This document shows, piece after piece, positions 27,815 through 35,633 of a stretch of DNA of 47,577 bases. Each line of letters begins with the position of its first letter. Positions within the stretch are counted from its first letter, which is position 1. The DNA comes from Nitrospirota bacterium (lineage in GTDB: Bacteria > Nitrospirota > UBA9217): assembly GCA_041476485.1 (NCBI GenBank), contig JBGOTO010000003.1, forward strand, positions 1 to 47,577, written 5' to 3'. The position numbers and the translations under genes were made by a program. The notes beneath the pieces are model-generated. The model saw only the letters and a list, made by a program, of their open reading frames with translations. It was not told the origin of the DNA and did no database searches.

Positions 27815-27843
27815 AAAAGGGGCGGAAAAATCCGCCCCTTTTT
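27815..27843 (-). terminator. Rho-independent terminator after atpE
   Basis: AAAAGGGGCGGA-AAAA-TCCGCCCCTTTT hairpin with T runs on both strands. Confidence 0.85.
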
Positions 27844-27874
27844 GTTTGTAACGTTGCGGTCTGCTCTGCCGACC

Positions 27875-28234
27875 TCATACGACTTTGAAGGGGTTCATGT
27901 AGAGCACGATGAACACGATGACGAGCGCATAGATCGCCAGCGATTCGATCAGGGCCAGACCAAGAATCATCGTGACCGTTATCTTTCCCGATGCTTCGGG
28001 GTTGCGGGCGATGCCCTGGCAGGCGCCGCCGATGCCGTGGCCCATGCCGATACCCGTACCCACGGCCGCGATACCGATGCCGATGGCGCATGCCATCTGG
28101 ACGTTGCTGAAATACGTCAAGTGTGCTGCATCGGTCGGTGCTTTCGCCGCTTCAGCTGCCACAGCGGCATAAACTGCGGTCGCGCAGAGCATCAGCATGA
28201 AAGCCAGGAGTATGATTGCTGAAATTTTTTTCAT
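27875..28234 (-). CDS. atpE: F0F1 ATP synthase subunit c with an N-terminal extension
   Basis: GxGxG glycine helix, ARNP loop, IESLAIY. Confidence 0.95.
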   Translation of the reverse strand: MKKISAIILLAFMLMLCATAVYAAVAAEAAKAPTDAAHLTYFSNVQMACAIGIGIAAVGTGIGMGHGIGGACQGIARNPEASGKITVTMILGLALIESLAIYALVIVFIVLYMNPFKVV

Positions 28235-28351
28235 GTAGTTCGCCTCCTTTCCTCAAAATTAGTATGAATTTCTCTCCGGATATTACCGGTGTACAACCAC
28301 CCGGGTACTCCCTTTCGGGAACTCATTCCCCGGGGTCAATGTCAATATGCC

Positions 28352-29035
28352 TTAGTGGTGCTCGCCTCCGCCCATGTGGGCTTCTTCGACAGAGCCCGCA
28401 ATATACAGCGTGGTCAGCAGCATGAAGACGCCTGCCTGCACGAAGGCGACGAGCAGGCCCAATCCCAGGATCGGTACCTGCAGGAAATAGGGATACAGGA
28501 TAAACAACACAACCAGCAGAATGTGTTTTGCCGCCATATTGCCGAAGAGACGGAACGTGAGCGATATCACCCGGGCAAAATGGCTGACCACCTCGATGGG
28601 AAACATAAGCGGCGTAAGCCACCAAATGGGGCCGAGGAAATGCTTGATATAACCGATGCCCCACCGCCGCACGCCGACGACGTGGGTCACGGTGAAGGCC
28701 ACGAGCGCAAGAGACAGCGTGGTGTTGACGTTCCCGGTCGGTGACTCGAACCCGGGAATCAGCCCCATGAGGTTACACACAAGAATGAAGAGAAACAGCG
28801 AACCGATCAACGGCAGGAAGTGCTTGCCTTCCGGCCCCATGGTGTCCACAACGAAGTTCTCCAGGCCGCCGACGACGACTTCAAAGAAGTTCTGAATGCC
28901 CGTGGGCGCGGACTTCTTGAGCGAGAGCCGGGCCGCCAGCGCGAGCCCGATAAGAATGGCCATTGCCAGCCAGGTATACGTAACGTGCGCGGGGAACAAA
29001 TGGAATTCCGGCAGCAGTAAGGGCGCTTCTAACAT
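28352..29035 (-). CDS. atpB: F0F1 ATP synthase subunit a
   Basis: NLMGLIPG, SPT, SLTFRLFGN, VQAGVF.LL..LY. Confidence 0.95.
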   Translation of the reverse strand: MLEAPLLLPEFHLFPAHVTYTWLAMAILIGLALAARLSLKKSAPTGIQNFFEVVVGGLENFVVDTMGPEGKHFLPLIGSLFLFILVCNLMGLIPGFESPTGNVNTTLSLALVAFTVTHVVGVRRWGIGYIKHFLGPIWWLTPLMFPIEVVSHFARVISLTFRLFGNMAAKHILLVVLFILYPYFLQVPILGLGLLVAFVQAGVFMLLTTLYIAGSVEEAHMGGGEHH

Positions 29036-29083
29036 GACCTATGCTCCTTAAAAACCGATAAAATGCTGAAACACAACCTGGGA

Positions 29084-29112
29084 AATTTACAGGAAAGGAC
29101 GGTTTTTGTCAA
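29084..29112 (-). promoter_or_regulatory. sigma70 promoter of atpBE
   Basis: TTGACA-N17-TAAATT on the minus strand. Confidence 0.6.
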
Positions 29113-29333
29113 GAAAAAATCGGGTAAAATCATAAAACTTCTTTATAATCATATATCTGCCTGCTGATAAACTATCGATAACTGACATTTACTAAATTAC
29201 GCGGAAAAATTCTTCTTGGGCCCGGTTTCTGTGGCGAAGACGCAGTTCCCCTTACACAACCGTGGGTGAATAACCTGACGCCTGAAAGCTCCAGAGAACT
29301 CCGGGGAACGTCGGGAATCGGCCTTTTGGGGCC

Positions 29334-29362
29334 TTGACACTCAAACTTGTTTTGTCTATAGT
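29334..29362 (+). promoter_or_regulatory. sigma70 promoter, rightward
   Basis: TTGACA-N17-TATAGT. Confidence 0.65.
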
Positions 29363-29500
29363 GTGCCAAGCAGCAAACAATCTAAAGTTCGCAGATCGCT
29401 TGGTGCGCATGGCGCTTTTTTGAAGCATCTGCGCAGGGTTGACAATTCGAGGCATGCGTTGGGTTTGTCAGTGAGAATAGAAATAGTGGAGGGACAATAA

Positions 29501-29737
29501 ATGCAGCAATTCGGCCCAATAGCTCAGCAAAATTTTATCATAAGTTCGGGGATAATTTTTTTACTCATCGTCGTTTTCATTATTTTATGGATTGATGCGC
29601 TGGTTGATATAAAAAATCAAGAATTTCAGGACAAAAAGAGCAAGCTGCTCTGGTTCCTCTTCGTTCTGCTGATCGCGCCTCTCGGTGTGCCGCTCTATAT
29701 TGTGATCGGCAAAAAACAGCGGACAAAAAAGACGTAA
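29501..29737 (+). CDS. PLDc N-terminal domain small membrane protein
   Basis: LWIDALVDI...KLLWFLFVLLIAPLGVPLYIVIG pattern; GGAGG RBS. Confidence 0.8.
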   Translation: MQQFGPIAQQNFIISSGIIFLLIVVFIILWIDALVDIKNQEFQDKKSKLLWFLFVLLIAPLGVPLYIVIGKKQRTKKT

Positions 29738-29743
29738 CACCAG

Positions 29744-30271
29744 TTACAATTCAGTAACCACCGTATAGGCGTTTTTAAACACCGGCTTTTCATGGTTGCA
29801 AAATTTTTTGCACTCTTCGGCATCAACGCTGTTCCATTTATTGATAGTGAGACAAACTCCCAGAATATCGGAAAATACATTCTTTTGAACGGTGTCGGAA
29901 ATGCGGAACCGGGACAATACGAAGAATAAGCAGCTATTGATAATTACGAAAAATTCGCCCAAAAAGTTACTGCCGGCAAATATGGCTACGATGGGTATCA
30001 GCAGAATGTTCCTCGTCTTGTTCTGCGACTTGCTTCCGACCGATAGCACCATTTCGATATTGTCTGAATATGATTTTCCGATCGGCTGTATTTTCTTCGA
30101 TTCCTGCCCGAATTGATGTTTATCTACGGTGCTGAATATTTTTTTTATTGCTTCCGGGTCCGCTAATATACTTCCCCTGAACTTAAGGGATTTAACACAC
30201 GACCAGAACGCCGAACCCGTCATTTGCAGCGCTATGGCGAGAACAATTTCAAGCATGATTTTCAGATACAT
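29744..30271 (-). CDS. Hypothetical membrane protein
   Basis: AT-rich ORF with hydrophobic segments; ATG at 30271 after GGAGAG. Confidence 0.55.
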   Translation of the reverse strand: MYLKIMLEIVLAIALQMTGSAFWSCVKSLKFRGSILADPEAIKKIFSTVDKHQFGQESKKIQPIGKSYSDNIEMVLSVGSKSQNKTRNILLIPIVAIFAGSNFLGEFFVIINSCLFFVLSRFRISDTVQKNVFSDILGVCLTINKWNSVDAEECKKFCNHEKPVFKNAYTVVTEL

Positions 30272-30460
30272 TTCGCTCTCCAAAACCGGGACAGAAAGAT
30301 CGGGCGCTTTGCGCTGTTGCTGATTCAGTGAAAATACAGTACAGTAAAAAGCCGCCTTTATCAAGAACTTTCTGATAAAGGCGGCTGAATTTGCCTTCTC
30401 CTGACCGCGGCATCATACTCCGCTCATTCACCTGCAAGCTCGGTCCGAATGCCACAGCCC

Positions 30461-32587
30461 TCAGTCGATATTCTGCGCCAACAGCTCCGCGGTATGTTTT
30501 ACCTTGACCGGACTTCCTTCTTTATCAAGGCCGCCCTTTATCTGCATGATGCATCCCGGGCAGTCAATCGCGACCGTGGGGGCCGCGGTATTCCTGATAT
30601 TTTCGAGCTTGCGCTTCAGAATAACGCCGGAGATCTCCGGCTGCTTGATGGTATAGGAGCCGCCCATGCCGCAGCACGTGTCGGATTCCAGCATCTCGGT
30701 CAGCTCGAAGCCGGACTTTGTCAGGAGTGCGCGCGGTTCCTCGGAGACATGAAGCGTCCTCTTGAGATGGCAGGAGTCGTGGTACGTCACCTTCCCGAGG
30801 CCCTTCGCCTCCTTAAGGGAGAGTCTCCCCTCTTTGACGAGCTTCGTGACCAAGGTCGAGAAGTCTATGGTCTTTGCCGCGAGCTCCTTTGCCTTGGAAA
30901 GCCACTCGGTCTTGCCCACGCTTTCGAGCGTATGAGTGAAGTCGTGCTTCAAGGCGACCGTGCAGGTGGGGCATGCGGAGACCACGTATTTCACGTCGCT
31001 GGCGAGCAACGCCTTGATGTTGTCGATCGCGTTGTGGGCCGCGACGTCAAAGGCCCCGGCGTAGCGCGCGGGCGCTCCGCAGCAGGTCTGCTCGTCGGGG
31101 AAGGACACCTCGACGCCGGCCTTGTTCAGGACCTTAATAACCGCTTCTCCGATATGAGGATAGGAAAAATCTATGAGGCATCCTGAGTAAAAGGACGCCT
31201 TCTCCGCGGTCTTGGGCTGCTTGATCGTCTTGAAGCCGTCCCTGAACGGGACATCGGCGATTGCCGGAAGACTGCGGTCCTTGGTGATATCGGACAGGAA
31301 CATCGGCAAGTGCCTGATGAAGCCGTCCTTCGCGAAGGGCTTTTGCGCGGTCGCGGCGGTGCGAAGCATGGTGTGGAAGAGCTTGCGGTTGTTCACCACC
31401 GAGTAGATGGCCCTCTGGACCACGGGCAGCCCCTGCTCTTTCACGAGCCGCCGCCGCAGCTCCACGATCAGTTCGGGGATGTCGATCTTTGCAGGGCAGA
31501 TATCCTTGCACCTCCCGCACTGGATGCAGAGGCCCTGGATATCTTCCGTCTTCTTGAGCTCGTCGAACCAGGCCGTCAGGATCGTGCCGATGCCGCCGGT
31601 GTAAATATGGCCGAATACATGGCCGGTCACCAGGCGATAGACCGGGCAGACATTCAGGCAGGACCCGCAGCGAATGCACTGGAGGGCCTCCTTGAACTTG
31701 GGGTCCTTTGCCATGGCAATCCGGTTGTTGTCCATGAGGACGATATGGAGGTCTTTCATCGAGCCGTCCGTATTTTGCGCCGGGCCGGTTATCATCGAAA
31801 CGTAGCAGGTTATGAGCTGGCTGGTCGCGCTCTTGGGCAACGCGGTCAGGATCGGGGCCGCGTCCGCGTAGTTCTCGATGAGCTTCTCAAGGCCGACGAG
31901 AATTACATGGGTCTTCGGGAGCGTGCCGGCGAGACGGGCGTTTCCTTCGTTGGTGCAAATTACGACCGTGCCGGTCTCGGCAATCGCGATGTTCGCGCCC
32001 GACATGCCCATATCGGCCTCGAAGTATTTCTCGCGCAACTCATTGCGCGCCACCTTCACCAGGTGCTGGATGTCGCTGGGCTGCTCCTTTTTCGTCTCTT
32101 TGCTGAAGAGGTCCGCTACCTCCTCCTTGGTCAGGTGGAGGGCCGGCATGACCATGTGCGAAGGCCTCTGGTGGGCCAGCTGGATGATCCATTCGCCGAG
32201 ATCGGTCTCATGCGCCTGAATGCCGTTCTCGGCAAGATGCTCGTTCAGGTGGATTTCTTCCGAGGCCATGGACTTGGATTTGACGATGTTCTTGACGCCC
32301 TTCTCTTTGCAGAGCTTCGTGATATAGTCCTTGGCGGCCTGCGCGCTGTTCGCCCGGAAGACCTTGGCGCCCCGGGCTTCGGCCGCTTTCTTGAACTTAT
32401 CGGCAAGCTCGTCGAGGCGTCCGGCGGCATCGCCCTTTATCTGCGCTATCCGGTTTCGCAGCGCCTCGAAATCGACGCCCGCGTACGCCGCGGCGCGGGT
32501 AGCGGGATAATTCCACCGGTCGAGGATGCCGGCGAGGTTGTGGTTCTGAAGGGCCTTTTGTATGGATTCCGAGAATTGCTTATTCAT
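30461..32587 (-). CDS. L-lactate dehydrogenase large subunit (LutB/LldF domain fused to CCG domains, LdhH-like)
   Basis: KSKSMASEE, ETDLGE, PSHMVMPA, CIRCGSCLNVCP, CIQCGRCKDICP, two CCG motifs, YHDSCH. Confidence 0.9.
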   Translation of the reverse strand: MNKQFSESIQKALQNHNLAGILDRWNYPATRAAAYAGVDFEALRNRIAQIKGDAAGRLDELADKFKKAAEARGAKVFRANSAQAAKDYITKLCKEKGVKNIVKSKSMASEEIHLNEHLAENGIQAHETDLGEWIIQLAHQRPSHMVMPALHLTKEEVADLFSKETKKEQPSDIQHLVKVARNELREKYFEADMGMSGANIAIAETGTVVICTNEGNARLAGTLPKTHVILVGLEKLIENYADAAPILTALPKSATSQLITCYVSMITGPAQNTDGSMKDLHIVLMDNNRIAMAKDPKFKEALQCIRCGSCLNVCPVYRLVTGHVFGHIYTGGIGTILTAWFDELKKTEDIQGLCIQCGRCKDICPAKIDIPELIVELRRRLVKEQGLPVVQRAIYSVVNNRKLFHTMLRTAATAQKPFAKDGFIRHLPMFLSDITKDRSLPAIADVPFRDGFKTIKQPKTAEKASFYSGCLIDFSYPHIGEAVIKVLNKAGVEVSFPDEQTCCGAPARYAGAFDVAAHNAIDNIKALLASDVKYVVSACPTCTVALKHDFTHTLESVGKTEWLSKAKELAAKTIDFSTLVTKLVKEGRLSLKEAKGLGKVTYHDSCHLKRTLHVSEEPRALLTKSGFELTEMLESDTCCGMGGSYTIKQPEISGVILKRKLENIRNTAAPTVAIDCPGCIMQIKGGLDKEGSPVKVKHTAELLAQNID

Positions 32588-33141
32588 CAGTTCATGCCTC
32601 CTAACTCATCCACGCAGAGGATAACAACTCGCTCGGGGCCATGGACGCCGATGGCGAGCACCCGTTCGATGTCCGCGGTCTTGCTCGGCCCGGTGATCAG
32701 CGTGAGATAGTTGCTTGTGCTCGGGTGCATTTTTGTCATGAACGCCGGCAGGTCGGCCACGATATTGCCTGTGCCGAGCAGCATGATATGGGTCCACGAC
32801 AGCGTGGACGCCAGCCGCTGTTCGGCTTTTGTGGCATCCTGCGCCAGCGTGCCGGTATTGGCGATCCCCCATTCCATCTGGGTGATTCCGATCTTCGCGT
32901 TTTTTGCCGACTCGCGGGTGACCTCGAACTTCAGGCCCGGGACCCTGGCTGCGAAGGCTTTTGTGTCTACCCCTTTAAGGACCGGGCCGTCGGCCCAGAC
33001 CGCATAGGAACCGACCGCGTCCTTTATGTCTTCTTTTTTGAGATACTTCTCGATAAAATTGAGCGCCTCGGCTTTCGTGCCAAACCGCTGGACCTCGGTA
33101 TTGCCTGCCGCTTCGGCCTTTGCTTTAAACGTGTCGAACAT
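32587..33141 (-). CDS. lutC: Lactate utilisation protein LutC/LldG (LUD domain)
   Basis: ITGPSKTADIERVLAIGVHGP. Confidence 0.88.
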   Translation of the reverse strand: MFDTFKAKAEAAGNTEVQRFGTKAEALNFIEKYLKKEDIKDAVGSYAVWADGPVLKGVDTKAFAARVPGLKFEVTRESAKNAKIGITQMEWGIANTGTLAQDATKAEQRLASTLSWTHIMLLGTGNIVADLPAFMTKMHPSTSNYLTLITGPSKTADIERVLAIGVHGPERVVILCVDELGGMN

Positions 33142-33478
33142 TTTCGGGTCTCCTTTTTCGCCGCGTGCTGAGTGGAGATGAAATCGTGCGCCTCCTGGTC
33201 CCCGCAGAGGCCTGTTATTTCATAAAGTAGAATATGGGCCTGGGGAGGTCTTACCTGCTTTGCACATGCAGCAGCCCGAGAGCATAGAATGTCTTATCGA
33301 AGAATGATTTTCTGCTGAAGGGGCGTGAGCATATTCTTAGGCATTGGGCGGACTTAACAAATAGATGGTCCGACCATCAGGCCAGCAAAATGCGTTTTTT
33401 TTATATGCTCACGATGTTATGAATATTTCTCAGGAGCCAGTCTGGGTCACGATAACGTTTCTTAAAAAGCAAAAATAT

Positions 33479-33512
33479 CAAGGACAGAGGGGCTTCTGTC
33501 CCTCTGCCCTTG
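33479..33512 (-). terminator. Hairpin after the lactate permease
   Basis: CAAGGACAGAGGG...CCCTCTGCCCTTG stem; only a weak T-tract. Confidence 0.5.
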
Positions 33513-33527
33513 ATAGTGTTACGCTTG

Positions 33528-35354
33528 TTATGCTGCCGCTTCTTTGCCGCCAAACTTCGCCGCGATCGTGATAATAAGGGCTATCGCGATCGTTATCACA
33601 AGGTAAGTCATTCCTTCCATGGGGAAGGCCGGTGCCGGTTTCGGCGCCGCTACTGCTACAGCCGTCGTAGTAGTTGCGGCGGAAGTCACCGCGGAAGTAA
33701 CGGCCGGGGCCACGGCTGCCACAGCCGCCACGGCCTTTTGATAGACCGGCGCCCATGAGGTGATCACATAGGCCTGCAAATAAGCCATAACGCCGATGAC
33801 CGACGTCAGAATGAGTGAGTGCTTCAGGGTGAAACGGAAGATATCTCCCTCACGGCCGACAAGGCCGGTTGCCGCGCACGCAACTGACAACGACTGAGGA
33901 GAGATCATCTTTCCGCAGACGCCGCCTGATGAGTTTGCCCCAACCGTTACGAGCGGGTTGATTCCCAGCTTGTCCGCGGTAATAAACTGGAGCTTGCCGA
34001 ACAGGGCGTTCGACGAGGTGTCGGAGCCGGTCATGAACACGCCGAGCCAGCCGAGGAATGCTGAGAAGAACGGGAAGAGAGCGCCGGTCGATGCAAAGGC
34101 AAGACCGAGCGTCACGGCCATTCCCGAGTAGTTCAGGATAAACGCAAGTCCGAGGACCATGGCGATCGTGTATATGGGCCATTTGAGTTTATTGAGCGTA
34201 TCAGTAGCAACGCCTGCTGCGTCCCCGAGCTTTGCTCCCGTGACCGGGATCGAGAAGAGGCCCGCAAAGAGGATTGCCGTGCCTGCAGCGCTCAGGAAAT
34301 TCATCATGTAAACGGCGGGCATGGGCGCGGTGCCCCTGACGACCATGTTATGCAGTTCAGGTATTGACCATTTGGCTAAAAATAAGTGGTTAAGAGCGGC
34401 CCCAATCGGCTTAACGCCCCAGGCCGCAACAAAGATCGACAGCAGAAGGAAAGGCGCCCAGGCACGGAAGACCTGTCCGCCGGAGTAATTGAGCACTGCT
34501 CTGCCGGTGCTCTTTTTTTCGTGGGCGAAGTGCCAGCTTTCTTTCGGGTGCCAGATTTTGAGAAATATAACCATGGCGATGATCGAAGCGATAGACGCGA
34601 GGATATCGGGGAGCATCGGTCCGATGAAGTTGGATGTCAGATACTGGACGACAGCGAAGGAAACGCCGCTGACCAGACATGCCGGCCAGACTTCGATGCC
34701 CTTCTTCCATCCGGCCATGAGAACGGTCAGATAGAGCGGGATCAGGACGCTCAAAAACGGCAGGGTGCGGCCCACCATCTGGCTCAGGGCCAGTTCATCC
34801 ACCCCGGCGACCTTCGCGCCGACGATGATAGGAATGCCGATTGCGCCGAAAGCGACCGGTGCGGTATTGGCGACAAGACAAATACCTGCTGCATACAGCG
34901 GTTCAAACCCGAGGCCCATCAGCATAGCGGCGGTGATCGCAACGGGCGTACCGAATCCCGCGGCGCCTTCGATAAACGCGCCGAACGAAAAGGCGATCAA
35001 AAGGGCCTGCATGCGCCGGTCATCCGAGAGACTGGCCAGCGAATTCTTGATAATTTCGAACTGCCCGGTTTTTACCGACAGATTGTAAATAAAAAGGGCC
35101 GTAACAATGATCCAGCAGACCGGGAACAGGCCGATTAGAGAGCCGTAAAAGGTGGACAGTAAGGCTAATTTTACCGGCATTCCATATGCGAGAATAGCAA
35201 CAACAACTGCAATGGCCACGGTAATTGATGCGGCCAAATGTCCTTTCATTCTCTTCCACGCCAGGGCCCAGAACAGGAATACGATGGGCAGCGCGGCAAC
35301 AAGGGCTGAAAGGCCGATGTTTCCTAATGGGTTTTCAGGTTGTGTCCAAGGCAT
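33528..35354 (-). CDS. lctP: L-lactate permease
   Basis: FIEGAAGFGTP, ANTAPVAFGAIG, GSDTSSNALFG, GKMISPQS. Confidence 0.95.
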   Translation of the reverse strand: MPWTQPENPLGNIGLSALVAALPIVFLFWALAWKRMKGHLAASITVAIAVVVAILAYGMPVKLALLSTFYGSLIGLFPVCWIIVTALFIYNLSVKTGQFEIIKNSLASLSDDRRMQALLIAFSFGAFIEGAAGFGTPVAITAAMLMGLGFEPLYAAGICLVANTAPVAFGAIGIPIIVGAKVAGVDELALSQMVGRTLPFLSVLIPLYLTVLMAGWKKGIEVWPACLVSGVSFAVVQYLTSNFIGPMLPDILASIASIIAMVIFLKIWHPKESWHFAHEKKSTGRAVLNYSGGQVFRAWAPFLLLSIFVAAWGVKPIGAALNHLFLAKWSIPELHNMVVRGTAPMPAVYMMNFLSAAGTAILFAGLFSIPVTGAKLGDAAGVATDTLNKLKWPIYTIAMVLGLAFILNYSGMAVTLGLAFASTGALFPFFSAFLGWLGVFMTGSDTSSNALFGKLQFITADKLGINPLVTVGANSSGGVCGKMISPQSLSVACAATGLVGREGDIFRFTLKHSLILTSVIGVMAYLQAYVITSWAPVYQKAVAAVAAVAPAVTSAVTSAATTTTAVAVAAPKPAPAFPMEGMTYLVITIAIALIITIAAKFGGKEAAA

Positions 35355-35561
35355 TGTGTTTTCCTCCTTAAAATTGATCGGGTCTCTGAAAATATTTTTA
35401 TTTGTAATGCAGACGATCAGCTTACACGCGACAAAATCCGTAATCTACTCTCAAGCAGCCGCACGGTCCCTTGTCACCTCCTTCGTTCACTGCGCCGCAT
35501 CCTTCTGTCCGTGGCGGTATTCAACGTTGCTCATGATAAGGCAAACGGGGGCGATTAAGGT

Positions 35562-35601
35562 ATCGGATTGCGTCTGATTTTTCCCATAGGAGTTTGTCCT
35601 A
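35562..35601 (-). promoter_or_regulatory. Tandem palindromic operator upstream of lctP
   Basis: ATCGG-N7-CTGAT and ATAGG-N7-CCTAT; 31/40 identical to 38641-38680; 23 bp upstream of a TATCAT -10. Confidence 0.8.
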
Positions 35602-35633
35602 TGGGCGGGAACCAGAAAGGAAGTGCCGGCGGC

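Noticed and set aside
27875-28234. Na+-coupled ATP synthase
   Set aside because: ES..Y is present, but the helix-1 Gln of the Na+ signature is Met and the Thr after ES is Leu, so Na+ coupling is not supported
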